Below are positions 1 through 12,678 of a stretch of 64,000 bases of DNA, in pieces; positions within the stretch are counted from its first letter, which is position 1; every line of letters begins with the position of its first letter. The position numbers were made by a program, and so were the translations under genes. Under the pieces are notes generated by a model. That model saw only the letters and a program-made list of their open reading frames with translations, made no database searches and was not told the DNA's origin. The DNA is from Antedon mediterranea (taxonomy: Eukaryota > Animalia > Echinodermata), in NCBI RefSeq assembly GCF_964355755.1, contig NC_092678.1:8758422-8822421 (forward strand), in the 5' to 3' direction.

Positions 1-106
1 CATTCGTTGAAATCCAGTCAATCTTTTAACTCGTGAAAAATATTATCCTCATTCAACTCATATAACTTGACTATTAATTTGTATAAAATTTGTGTTTCCT
101 CTACAG

Positions 107-340
107 TTTCTCCAAATGTAACATGTCCGAATAATATTATGGCATATTCTCGTTACACAAAACCTGTAACATGGGATCCACCAACAGTAACTGATGATGT
201 TGATACTGATCTGGTTGCAACTTGTACGCCACCTTCTGGTTCATCGTTTAATTCTGGTTCTAGTCGTACTATAACATGTACTGCAACTGACAGTATGGGT
301 AATACTGATGAATGCAACTTTAATGTAAGAATCTTAAGAG
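107..340 (+). CDS. Gene A exon: HYR domain (gene begins upstream of the window)
   Basis: ctacag| acceptor and G|gtaggc donor, phase 1-1, 234 bp. Translates to VSPNVTCPNNI...VTWDPPTVTDDVD...CTPPSGSSF...ITCTATDSMGNTDECNFNVRI, which fits the HYR consensus. Confidence 0.92.
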
Positions 341-1020
341 GTAGGCCTAAATGTTCTTTGTAGTCACAGCCCTATGTTTGTGTGTCCAATACTTTAAATA
401 TTCGGAAGTTTAATTGGTTTGAAGCAAAATTTAGATCATTGCTTCTAACGCTGTCTTCAAATCTGCGTAGCATTTTCTTTGCGATATCTACGCCTGTATT
501 TGGGTTTCCTGTTTTTTACCAGTAAAATGTTAGCTCTCTAAAATAGAGAGCCAATATCCAAATTAATAGCAAAAAATAGCTTCAAATGTACAAACTGTAC
601 AGCGTATAAATAACGAAATATTCTTTGACTTGAATGGTGTACTCCTTTAGTACAATATTATTTACAACTTCTTTTTGTACTTTATCGAACTCAAACGTTG
701 TTCGAAATTGGAAAACATATAAAGTTGAAAGTCCGATGAACAGAGGCAAAGAAAAATAATCTAAGAACATGCCCTAATGTTATCCAAATTATCAAACCAA
801 GGTTTACCCCTATTGGTCAATTGTTGTTACTAGGCAAAACGCAATAAAGGGGATACATTGACCGCTTGGTCAATTTCCAAATTTAAGACCTCCCAATTTA
901 TTAGATAAACAGAACAAAGAAAATTCTTAAAAGGATTAATTAACAAAATATTATTAAAGCATATGCAGTTCTAAGCAAAATGAATATACTGCAAACACCT
1001 TGAATTCTATTATTTTACAG

Positions 1021-1146
1021 CGGGAGTTACTAGAGCGTCTTTAAACAAGCCTGCTTTCCAGTCTACAACCTATAGTTTTGATGGTGTAGAATATGAGGCT
1101 AGTTTAGCTGTTAATTATGCAACTAGTACGTGCTCCCGTACCATTG
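1021..1146 (+). CDS. Gene A exon: F-type lectin (FTP/fucolectin) domain, part 1
   Basis: ttttacag| ... G|gtaag, phase 1-1. AGVTRASLNKPAFQSTTYSFDGVEYEASLAVNYATSTCSRTI resembles the FTLD N-terminus NVALNKPAxQSST...AsxAVDG...CTHT. Confidence 0.85.
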
Positions 1147-1351
1147 GTAAGAGAATCTAAAAAGGTTACAACTGGTAATTCTAGTTTCTAAAAAATGGCG
1201 ACAGTTTTTGGATTGGTTTATGTTTTGAGCTCCTTTGGCGTTGTTTTTTTTTCTAATAAATGTTTATTGTGGCTAGTTACATTTTTAAAGGTTCAGAGGT
1301 TAAAGAGCGGCATATTAGTCTAGGACCTGAATAAGATTTATATGCATTTAA

Positions 1352-1613
1352 AGATGTATTGTCCCCCTGAAAAAAGTCCGATTGAAAAAAAGAATGTATT
1401 TACATGAATTTAAAGCAAACAAAAGGGTCAAATTGGCTGCCAGTGTTTTTAGTTAAATTTAACCATTTATTTTGTCATTTTATAAGTGAAAACATTATTT
1501 TTTCAATTTTTTTTTTACAGAAGTGGTTAACTTTCTCTAAACTACAAAATAACATATTCATAGTCTGATTTAATTAATCTTAATTTTTCATGTTTTTGAG
1601 GGACAATACATCT
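1352..1613. mobile_element. Kolobok-type MITE
   Basis: TIR AGATGTATTGTCCC...GGGACAATACATCT, with TTAA on both sides. Confidence 0.85.
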
Positions 1614-3200
1614 TTAATTTAGGAGAGAATATATATAATAATAGGATAATTTGACCGCAAGGAACAACATAGGATGTGTGCCAAAATCTCTATCCGGAAG
1701 GGAAATTGTTCAAAATATTATACATATTTATATTTGGTCTAACACAACTTTTAGCGAATCATTATCGGAAATGCTTTTTTGGCCTTTGATCAAAACACAA
1801 ATGTTAATAGTTTCTTAGTTAAATTAATTATATTTTTATCAATTTTTTTTAGTAGGGTCTGCAAAATCTTGTGGTCACTGTTTTCGAGATTCGCGAAAAT
1901 ATAGATCACCCCACCCTATACTGGCAGAACAAGAAGAAGTAAAAAGTGATTTCGATAAATATCTGTTTTTAATAAGATTTCTAAAAAAAAATAGAGACCT
2001 TCCAAAAGAACACAATAATGCCATGTTTCGTGGGGATTTCCGAGAAATCTCGATTATACAGAGACAACCACTACTGCAGATCACAATACTAGAAGGGTTA
2101 CCGAGAGTTGACTTAATTGTATTGCTACAATTCAACTCCGCGTACGTTACGTTATTTAAGCGATTATTTGTCCATTGATAAACACATTTTTATGTATCAT
2201 TATTCAGAAAATATTTGAACTGTGAAAATAATTATTTTGTATGTTTGTTTATTTAAAAAATCATTGCATCAGATCAATTATTTTTTATTTCCATTACAAC
2301 CAACCAAACATGTAAATAATGTGGTTAAAATATCCTATCATCTAGCGTGTGAAGGCTAGATTGCTTACTTCTAACGGTCCGGTGACCTTACCCTATTAAA
2401 CGTAGTTTTTGTAGTTGAGCCTCTAATGACCAAGATAATATTGTTATAGTTGTGCTTTTTTTGTCTGAGAAATATTATTTTAAGTGCCTCGTTATGAGGC
2501 CTTTATTATTAAAATCTTTTAGAGAAAAACCACACATACTATAAAGAATTCATTTATATTTATTTCATTTTTGAAACAAAATTGTAAATACTAGATGGTA
2601 CGCTCGCTTCGCTCGCGTACCATCTAGGTCGTGCCCACAGATGGTTCTCAAATACATAATAATTTCACACAGCTGTTCCAGAAATATGAATTAAGTGCAG
2701 CGCCCCCAACGTTTCATAGCGTTTTATGGAGTAGCGATTCCGAAAACATATTGTATACAAACCACATGAGGAAACCCGGAAGCAATCAAGCATAGAACGA
2801 CTGTTTTTTAATAGCCAATAAAAACAAATAAAGACCGCGAAAGTCAGAAAAATAATGAATATTTATTAGAACAACCCTGGATGAAGGTGAAAAACATGTT
2901 GTCGTCGTTTTATCACGTGTATTTTAAGAGGTAATGTAATTGAAAATTGTACACCCAACGCCAGTTTTTTTCTCAAGCGATACATTTAAAAAAGTAGGTA
3001 TAAATGTTGTTTTCCATATCAGTTTAAAAATAATTTTTTCTGTTGAATTCTTTGATTTAGTTGGATACTTTAGTTATCCTTGAATGTTTTAACAAGGATC
3101 GTATTCATATTGCCTGGCTGGATTTTTTCCTATGCTAGCTTATGATAGGCTATGCCCAGGCTCCCTTGCGTGGTTAAAACCAGCTGTGTAAGACTAATGG

Positions 3201-4121
3201 CTGTTTATTTTTAACACGTAAACATGTATATTCGGAGGGCCTGAGTGACAGTTGACCTGTTATAAAGCTGATTAATTACTTGTTCCTGGTTCTAATTAAA
3301 AATTAGGCCTAGTCTAGGCCTAAGCTTTTTTAATAATCATTCATATTGGGAGAGGAGTACAGAGTTGGCCAGGCTACAGGCCTAGCCTAGCTAGGCCTAT
3401 ATTATATAATAGGCTAGGCTACATCATCAGCAGGTTAAAGGCTAGCAGCCTACCTAGCATGTCTTAGTCAAAGATCTGTAATATATTAATAGAAAGAAGC
3501 TATAGAGTACTGTGACATTAGATATTTAATCATAAATGCATATTTCTTTCATATTTGTATTGTATATTTATTATTTTGATATGCAATCACAATCTAAATC
3601 AGTAAATAACATCAATTTCTGTTATCAATAAATAATTATTAATATATAAACCAAATTAAAATAAAATAACTGTTTATTTTTAACATGTAAACATGTCTAT
3701 TCGGGGGCCTGAGTGACAGTTGACCTGTTATAAAGCTGATTAATTACTTGTTCCTGGTCCTAATTAAAAATTAGGCCTAGCCTAGGCCTAAGCTTTTTTA
3801 ATAATCATTCATATTGGGAGAGAGGAGTACAGAGTAGGCCAGGTTACAGGCCTAGCTAGGCCTATACTATATATAAGCTAGGCTACATCATCAGCAGGTT
3901 AAAGACTAGCAGCCTACCTAGCATGTTAGTCAAAGATCTGTAATATATTAATAGAAAGAAGCTAATAGAGTACTGTGACATTAGATATTTAATTATACGG
4001 TAAATGCATATTTCTTTCATATTTGTATTGTATTATATATGCAATCACAATCTAAATCACTAAATAACATCAATTTCCGTTATCAATCAATAATATATAT
4101 AAACCAAATTAAAATTAAATA
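3201..4121. repeat. Tandem duplication of about 460 bp (2 copies) inside the Chapaev element
   Basis: 3201-3669 and 3670-4121 both begin CTGTTTATTTTTAACA.GTAAACATGT and are collinear throughout. Confidence 0.9.
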
Positions 4122-4359
4122 GCTTCCAAAAAATTAAATTCAATTACAATTCATATACCATTTGTTAAATATTTTCAAAATCATTGTTCTAGCAATAACA
4201 CAAAAAAATACTACCATTCATACAGTATACTGTACATAATAATATGCAATACTGTAACAATTAACTGAGAAATAGCAAACTATTCCTCAACTTTTCTCCA
4301 CTTAGTTACCGGCCTAGTTACTTCATGCTGGATCTCAGGTGAAATAAACGTCAGATGTG

Positions 4360-5519
4360 ACTTCATGATTTCCCGCAAAACTTTTTCCATGGTACTGCTG
4401 TCGAGGAATTTATTTTTTCTAAATACCTCGTCCATTTTTGTACATAGAGGTCCAGTTTCAAATCTCTTGGTTCATAGTAGTTCGCTATATAAAATATATA
4501 AAAGAAATATGGCATTAATTTTTTATAGTATTTGCATGTTTTAGACATAATTTTAAAGGTGTATAATGTAGGACTGACCAAGTCTTTGACCTCTTGTTCT
4601 TTTAGATTTATTCTGTGGCCAGTCTCTGCAATCTTACTATGCTGTTTTGTCAAAAGTGACACTGAGAGTTCATTTCTTAAATGCTCAAGATTCTCTTCTA
4701 AAGACTGGATTTTAATCATTGTACTTTGTAGCATGTCAATGTGCTGCAGCTTCTGATTTTCTCTTTCTGCTATAGATGATCACCTGAGATTAAACAATAT
4801 TGGTCAACCAAATAAATGTCAATCTGCATAAAAAATGAGCATCAAAATTATTATATTTTAAAAATGTTAACAACTATTTCTTGTAGCAGATAATGATAAT
4901 ACAGTATATGGATAATTCATAGGAAAATAAGTTCCAGCCAAAGGTTTGCTTTATTCTGCATAAAAATAGGATCAACGATTTTGAAATTCTATGCTCAAAG
5001 GGACAATGTATATTTAAAGATCAACTTGACCAATTGAGTTATTATGTAATGTCAATGTAAAGTTGAAACAACATTTGAATTTACCAGTCAAGATGTCAGC
5101 ATCCTGTCGCATGTTGAATATTATAACATATTGACACTTGGAAAAATAGTTGATTGAGGAAATATTTAATAAAGAAAAGAGGTATATTTATAAATTACTG
5201 TAACAATTGTTTGTTTCAACAGTTATTTTATACTAACATTGTTCTTTAATAAATAATATGAAGTACAAACACACATTTCATTGTTTGGAGTGTGTATTAA
5301 ATTTTCTAAAGAGGTGGTTATGATTATTTACCTACCCTGTTTAATTCAATGTCTACCAGGTATGGTCTAACAACGCTGTGCGATATTGTTTTGCTTCTTT
5401 GTGTTCACTGCCATGGTCTACAAAAGACTTGTAGGCCTTGAGATATCTACAGGCTTGAGGAACATTGTTGGTTCTGATGTCATTTTGATTACAAAAACAA
5501 TAGATGCAACTGTACTTTC
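4360..5519 (-). pseudogene. Frameshifted, intron-containing Chapaev-like transposase remnant
   Basis: Exon-like 5519-5336 reads GKYSCIYCFC...YKSFVDHG...AKQY/HSVVRPYLVDIELNR. A coiled-coil segment lies at ~4780-4580. Around 4460-4365 it reads GPLCTKMDEVFRKNK/IPRQQYHGKSFAGNH. These match recalled CxxC...AK.y.nV..P and RQAYhgg.FvGNH motifs of Chapaev/RAG1-related transposase cores. Confidence 0.72.
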
Positions 5520-6744
5520 CTTTAAAAATAAATCAATTTTTAAATCTACAGTACTTCAGTTTTGTGTCCAAACAAATCCAAACAAGAGAGCTAATAGCCA
5601 AAATATTAAACCATTATTATGCTGTAAAAATGTATTAATATTAAGGCCTAGCCTAGGCTGTGACTGTCACTCAGTCCCACCAGCTAGCCTAAAAATGCAC
5701 CAGGAAAGCAATAATTATTATTATAAACACATGCCATTAATTATTTGGTAACAGTTATAATTATTACATTTAGGATTAGGGTAATTAAAGGTTTAACTAT
5801 TACGAATTTTCTATGTTTCGGCCTAGCTTCATTCTAGGCCCACATTACTGTCACGGTCATCGCGCGCGTCAACGCACTTTCTAAGCCTATCGCCAAACCG
5901 TTTTCTCGCCGATAACAATAACAATGTATAAAAGGGTTGCAAAATATGCGAGTTTTACTAAAAACTGAACCAGGCTATATTAACAAAACTAGTATTATTT
6001 TGTTTATATAATAATGATGGACTATATTCTAGTTCGTTCTTTTTCTAAAAAATTGAATTATATCCAAAAAAAAAGTAAAGAATACAATGATATTTTCTAC
6101 TTACGATTGTTTACTATTTCATTACACAGTTTATCTCAACTTCCTGGTTTATGTGCGGGAGAGTATTTCAGTAAAATGGACAATATCGTCGTTTATTTAT
6201 TAATTTATAGTACAGAAACAATAAAATATTTATTTTTTAATTGAACATACACTTTTTTTAATCGTTTAGTTTTGTATAAAATGTTTTTACTACATAAAAA
6301 CTCACGATAGCGAAATTTAATTTGGCGTTCGCGAAATAATGGTTTGTAAACAAAAATTATATGTCCGCGCGACTCGGGGGAGCCTCGTCTGCTAACACTG
6401 AGGGCGCTTGACTTTTTCTGATATCTTAACACTAGTTGAAACAGCTGTGTTCAGCGTTAAAAAACTGGCGATTTCAAATGTACGTACCGCAGGACAATAA
6501 TACATGTCGTTTACAGGAACGAATAAATAGACACTGTGATTTATGTACTCAACTAAAATTAGCACCCTGGGAATTACTTCCGAAAGAGAAACTTGTCACA
6601 AAATGAGACCAATTGTTTAAGTTAAATTTAAACAAACTTAATTTGTGTTTTGTATGTAACATTAGGGTTGAGGGATGGGGAAGAGGATGGGTGCAAAAAC
6701 AAAATTTTTTTAAATATATTCTTTTTCCATTTAGTAACGAAATA

Positions 6745-7048
6745 ATTGAACTTATTCAACCTTATGTTCCTAAGCGGTCTCTGAGATCTAGATCTGAGTC
6801 TCTTCTTGCCCATATATTTCATCCTTCCACGTTTTATGGAAATCGTTCATTTTCTTCGGCATCCGTTTCTCTATGGAATGCGTTGCCTATTGAAATCCGT
6901 CAGGCTATTTCCACCAGTGTCTTCAAATCTCTCCTCAAAACCCACCTTTTTAATTTGTAATTTTCTAAATTGTTCTGTCTTTGTAAAGCGCATTGAGGCT
7001 TTCAGCATAATGCGCTATATCAAGTACCAGTTATTATTATTATTATTG
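6745..7048 (+). mobile_element. 3' fragment of an L2/CR1-group LINE carried inside Helitron copy 1
   Basis: YVPKRSLRS...YGNRSFS...LWNALPIEIRQA...FKSLLKTHLF*, then stem-loop AAGCGCATT...AATGCGCT and a (TTA)n tail. The same fragment is at the same position in the copy at 48630-48943. Confidence 0.85.
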
Positions 7049-8242
7049 TTTTCATGTTTTACAAATAATATACCACTAAACACAGTAAAACATTGCGATG
7101 TAATACTTTGTTGAAACTATCACCGTCCTAGTCGATTGAAATAGTACAGTACATGTAACGATACATCACTACCACGTGTATATGTTTGTATAATGTAAAA
7201 CAATTTGTGAAAACCACCTCTATTCGGGGAAAATCATAAATTCGATTTAATCGTCAATAAATATTAAATTATCTTTATTATAACTCAACTTAATTAGTAG
7301 GCCTATATGGTTTTCAATTTAGAGCCAATTCATACTTAAGTTGGTTCCTACCCTACCCACCAAAGTTGTTCTACGTTTAAGGCATGTGATGTACCGTAGG
7401 CCTATCCTCTACTGGTTTTACAACGCTACTATTACTAATGCCAGTGAGGGAAGGGTGATGATGTGGGTGGTTTAACTGCAATAATAAAGATTTGTACATA
7501 ATATACGGCGAGTGAAAACGCTAGCTCATTATCCGTTTAAAAAAAAATTATATCCAACCTCTGCAGCACAGATTGAAAAAAAAAATGGATCAAATTCCTG
7601 TTATGACTATACAGTACTTGCCTTTACGACGCCTGAGGGAATAGACACTTGTAGAACAGAGATTGGAATGTTCCATTCATCGCAAATCAATACATTTGTA
7701 TAAACATATATTAAATCTATAAAAATAGTATTTTTTAAAGAAAATCGGCCTGTCTTCAACATTATGATGCTGTACTCTAGCTGTTCAACCGGTTTTCAGC
7801 TATTAAAAACAATTATTGTAGGAGGAGATAGGAAAATGCGAAGCCTCCTCTCATTTTTATGGCGGGTATTTTTCAAGATGGACATCCATTAGACAGTGTA
7901 TACCACGATCGGAAAACACCCCTATTTGGGGCAAATCGTTGAACCTAAATTCGTTTTAATCGTCGATAACTAATTATCTAACTTAATTTAATTAGTAAAC
8001 AGGGTTACATCAGGTGGTTAAAATCAGTACCGAAAGTACGAACCAACTTTATATACCATCGAGAAAAAATTCTAGATGTAAGGCGCGATTTACCGCATTT
8101 TGCCCTTACGTAAATTTATATATACTGTAGATTCCTTGAGGCTCAACTATATAACCACCATTTTTTGATATGATAGACACGGTTGAATGCTTTTGGATTC
8201 TGGCTATTTGATTGGTGGACGTGAATCACCCACAGCGAAATC

Positions 8243-8917
8243 TTCCTACAGGGTTTGGTAGGTTTGGCCAGTATGCGTCCCGGATATTGTGTGAAAATAC
8301 GTACAATGTGATAGTGGGCAATGCCACGTAGCGGGCTGCGGGCTCTAGACTCACGTGTGGTGGATAGCTATGGGATCATCGGCCGGCGGAGAGAGTCGGT
8401 TTTCATTTTTAAGAGTTTTTATTTTTGGCCTAGGCCCACTGTAAACACTTTTGCCTATACAAAGGAGCATACACTAGGCTATGTAAATTATTATTATTAT
8501 TATTATTTATCAGGAAAAAAAATTTCATTTAAAATGTTTTTGATTGACATTATTTTATAATAGTTTAACTAAGCTTAAGCATGGCAGTTGAGAATTATTG
8601 TTATTAATTAGGCCCTAAAATACAGTAGTATGATTTATTAAATCAGTTTAACTTAGGCTAGCCTGCTCTGAACAAATAGGTAGCTTTTAGAGGCCCCAGT
8701 TCAGGCTTGCCATACACTCAAATGCTGTATATATAAAATTAATTATGTATATAGCGCCCTCTGTCGCATTTTACGTATTTCACACGCAACACGCACGGAG
8801 CGGACGCTGCCATTGAAAAAATATTGCGCATTAATTATATTATTGCGCAATATCGGGGACGCCTGCTGGCCATAAAAAGGTACTCATACTGGCCACACCT
8901 ACCCAACCCGTATCGAA
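8243..8917. mobile_element. Putative MITE with imperfect inverted ends
   Basis: GGGTTTGGTAGGTTTGGCCAGTATG (~8250) is inverted at ~8886-8910, and GTGAAAATACGTA is inverted at ~8772. TSD not resolved. Confidence 0.5.
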
Positions 8918-10514
8918 TCTTCTCTCTGTGTAACTACCGTAAAGTCACATGGTCTCTCTGTACTGATCGTTACTACACGAATTTTGAGCAATGCATTTGT
9001 CCGAATTACTATTAAATAAACAACTTTATATATTTTATAAACATTTAATAGCATATTTTATTGATATTTGCAACGTTAATATATAAAATAAATTACTAAA
9101 GACTAATGGCTGTTCATACAGTTTTTTTGACTGAGGGTGCGATTATTTTCGGCGATGTTCAGACCTTATATTTTCGTAATTATTTTTCTATTGTAATATT
9201 GATACAAAATACACTAACAGATTGTTGAATTTACTTGAAAAATAACAAATTTTAATTTTTTATGGTTATTCTTAATAAGAGAAATAATTTCGATAAATCT
9301 CTCTTTTTTCTTAGATTTCTCAAAAACACAGACTTCCATAGATTTTAATAGTGTTAAGTGTTATTTTGAAAATATCTAAACATTAATGGACGTGTATTTT
9401 ATATCATTGGGTAGATAATTAAAGTAGCTATAATATGGTATCAAACACAATATCAGTCTTTAATTGTTACCGTTAAATGATTATTACCAATTTAACAATT
9501 TTGAATTACCAACATAATTGACCTCAAGTGACCACTAAACTGATCTTGGTAGATTAAAAAAACTAAATACTCTAGTAACTACAGAATCAGAAAGAAAACA
9601 ATAAAAAATCTATTGCAATTTGTTTTTAGTCTATCCACAGAAAAGTTTATATAGTTATACAAATATGAACATTTTCCGAAAAATTAACGTCAAAATTAAC
9701 AATTTATTTTCAATACAAGTTGGGAGCAATGGATAGAATATTTTATGGGCTTTCATTTAATTTATTCTTCGAAACATTTAAATTATTTAACATTATATGA
9801 ATAAACACAAAAATTACACTACAAATATTCATTTTTTTATAAAAATAATCAAATCATGCACATTTTCAAAAAACAATTAGCTTGAAAATAAAACATTTTA
9901 ATACAGGTTTGGTATCAGTATATTGCGTAAGTTTTATTTGATACCATACATGCTATGTATTGAAATCTTAAAGATGAATTTAACCAGAAAATGTATTTTT
10001 TGACATTTAGATTCAAAGTTCAGTGACAAGTGGTGGCAAGATATAAGAACAACGCAATTTTAATCTTTGACCCCGATTTCGGGTCAAATTATCCTTCTCT
10101 ATAACAGTGGTGATATTCTCTCCTAAATTAAATGCATATAAATATTACTCAGATCCTAGACTAATATGAGCACAGTCGGCTAAACTAGTGACAGTCACTT
10201 TGTTGTGCGTCGACTTATTTGGTTTCCTTTGGTTCCCATTGCTCCCGTGTGTTTCAACTGGTGGGTTTGGATATACGTTAAGCCAATTGTCTCATGGTTC
10301 AGGTGAACGTTAAAGAACGCAGTATTCGAAAGAGTACCGATAGTGGATTAATGATAATACTAATTAAAAGAAAAGAAAAGATAATAAATTTAAAAATAAT
10401 TAAATAAAAAAAATAATAATTAATTATTTAAAGATAATTTTCTTTCTAAAAATATGTAGACTCCATTTTCTTCCAAGCTTAACTCTTTCTCATTTTACAA
10501 ATTTGGTTTCTTAG

Positions 10515-10601
10515 TCCAAGAAAACCCATATTGGTACGTTGATTTAGGCCTTGTGTACAGTGTTTACTATGTTGTTATACATCAAGAAGCTGGATTTGAA
10601 G
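10515..10601 (+). CDS. Gene A exon: F-type lectin domain, part 2
   Basis: ttcttag| ... G|gtattt, 87 bp, phase 1-1. VQENPYWYVDLGLVYSVYYVVIHQEAGFE carries the PWWxVDLG-type motif. Confidence 0.85.
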
Positions 10602-10691
10602 GTATTTTTGTGTTTTAATAGTGTAACAACTTAATGTAAATGTAAAATGGTGTATACGCCTACAATACAGGGAAGCTTTTATAGACCGGGC

Positions 10692-11608
10692 GCGATTTTT
10701 TTTTTCGTACATAAGTTGGGGACCCCCTCATGAAACGTCACAAAATAAACATGAATAATTCATCAGTTAAATTTTCTTGTTCCGTGTGCACCCAAGCGTA
10801 TAGCAACAAGAAGTGATTACACAAGTGCGGTACGATTCTAGGCCTCCTATCTCCGCTGTTGTTGCGGCGTGCGATTTCATAGAAGAATAGCGGCGTTTTG
10901 TATGGATTGTCGAAATAATTAGCCTTTAGTTTATGGTGCTTTTAATACAATTTATTACTAAAGAATTACGTGTTAAAATTATAGTTTCTATTAATACTAT
11001 TAGGCCTAATTATTAGTCTCTAAACCCATGTCTATTCTAGTAGTAGCTGTGTGGGTGTGTGACGTGTGTGTGTTAGGTATGACCCAAGATAGTTACACTA
11101 TCTTTGGTATGACACAATCCGAGTAATAAGTCAGCAAAATTAAACAATAAACATTACACAAAAATACATTTTTTATTCTCGTGGGTCAAATCTTCCCGTC
11201 TCATGTGTACGCGCATTTTTAAAGTTCCTTTGAGTACATGCATATTGTTTGATAATAAAATAGCAGAATTAAAAAAATACAGTACTCAAATTATACACAT
11301 TCTTTATTCTTGTGGGTCTAAGCTTTCTTTGGGCAATGTCCAATGAATTACTACTTAGTTTAATGTCTTGCCTAGCTGTCGATTAGCCTCGACTCGACAC
11401 ATTTTGTGTGAAGAAGAGTGCGCGAAGGCAATCACGTGAATTGACTTACAATCCTAGGCCTAAGTATCGTATCGCAGTTGTGTAATCACTTCTTGTTGCT
11501 ATACGCTTGGGTGCACACGGAACAACAAATTTAACTGATGAATTATTCATGTTTATTTTGTGACGTTTCATGAGGGGTCCCCAACTTATGTACGAAAAAA
11601 AAAATCGC
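10692..11608. mobile_element. MULE/Mutator-type MITE
   Basis: About 150-bp near-perfect TIRs (GCGATTTTTTTTTTCGTACATAAGTTGGGGACCCC...) and 9-bp TSD AGACCGGGC (10683-91 and 11609-17). Confidence 0.9.
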
Positions 11609-12474
11609 AGACCGGGCACCCAGAGAATTTATTCATGTGAAAAGCCATAAAAGGTTTGATGGACTGATTACGGTATGTAGATATATGGCTAAGATTCAAT
11701 AATCAATATTGCTGCCGGGTCCTATCCTGTAAATTTTCTCTGGGGACACCAAATAGGAGGGGTAAAAAATGGATTTAATCATGTCAAAAGCCACACGGAT
11801 AAAAGTTGTATATGTAATAGTCCCTCAGCTGTACGCACGCGCACCAGAAATCAAGTCGATACACCCTCATCTTTCAGTATTTTATTCACGAAGCTGGATC
11901 GTTTGGGACAACTTTTATCACAGATTACGTCCTCTGAAGTTGTCATTTTTTGTGTTGAGTCATAAACAGAATTGAATGAGTTGAATAAAAATACCATACC
12001 AAAAACAACAAAGATTTTCAAGAGAAATAATAGAAATATTATAATTAGGACAAGTGTGAGTAAGGAATCTAATAAATTTGTTCTAAACATTAGAAGTACG
12101 CCAAAAAATTGAATTATAAATGACTGAACAGTTTGTTCAAATCTTTACAATGATCTTTACTATGATATAAGTTGACAGGCAGAAATTATTTAAACTTATC
12201 TATCAGTGTTACATTGTCATTGGCTTAGATGGACGTACAATTTTTTTTTAAATAAGCCGAATATATTATATATGTCGACTTGTAGGATACATGTGTTTGT
12301 AAACATGATACTCACATAATTATCACATAACATACAATATCTATTTAGCAAAATGATTTTGAAAATTTATATTCGTTTTGGGACTTATTTTGTTATTATT
12401 TATTTATTATTTATTACTCTGATTATATTCTGGTCATTTCTATTAATATTCCTCAATAATTTTATTTATTTTAG

Positions 12475-12678
12475 AATCTCTTCTTGGTGCTACGATCCAT
12501 GCTTCTACATCAACCAGTTCCCTCTTTGATGATGATAACATATGTGAATCTATTACTTCTTTAACCCAACTCTCGACTATTATACACTGCATTACTACAC
12601 TGATTAGTGGTCAATATGTATCTATATCTAAAATGGGAAATGCCGATTTAATTGTGTGTAACGTGCAAGTATACGTAG
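12475..12678 (+). CDS. Gene A exon: F-type lectin domain, part 3
   Basis: ttttag| ... G|gtaaat, 204 bp, phase 1-1. ESLLGATIHAS...NIC...IHC...ISGQYVSISKMGNADLIVCNVQVYV matches the GRYV...LxLCEVxV C-terminus. Confidence 0.85.

Larger units (their letters stand above)
2668..6449 (-). mobile_element. Decayed Chapaev-type (CMC) DNA transposon
   Basis: Termini CACAGCTGTT...AACAGCTGTG with 4-bp TSD TTCA (2664-67 and 6450-53). The empty site AATTTCAGCGTT is seen in the Helitron paralogue at ~48320. Transposase remnants lie on the minus strand. Confidence 0.8.
2591..8131 (-). mobile_element. Non-autonomous Helitron, copy 1 (contains Chapaev and L2 insertions)
   Basis: On the minus strand it starts TC(TACAGTA)TATATAAATTTACG at 8131 and ends with hairpin CTAGATGGTACGC..GCGTACCATCTAG at 2591; inserted between A and T. 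The body is homologous to copies at 14129, 36190 and 48274. Confidence 0.85.
1316..10163. mobile_element. Large TIR element (TAG...CTA termini, Academ-like) hosting nested insertions
   Basis: Left end TAGTCTAGGACCTGAATAAGATTTATATGCATTTAA[MITE]TTTAGGAGAGAATAT...GGATAATTTGACC is the inverted match of 10082-10163. ATAT flanks both ends (possible 4-bp TSD, ambiguous because it is palindromic). The superfamily is inferred from the termini only. Confidence 0.6.

Noticed and set aside
4363-4734. 123-aa ORF as a standalone gene
   Set aside because: It is a read-through of a transposase exon, an intron and an out-of-frame second exon.
2668-6449. ProtoRAG/RAG-like transposon, suggested by CACAG termini and RAG1-like motifs
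   Set aside because: The TSD is 4 bp (RAG and Transib make 5 bp), no RAG2-like kelch sequence was seen, and the core motifs fit Chapaev better.
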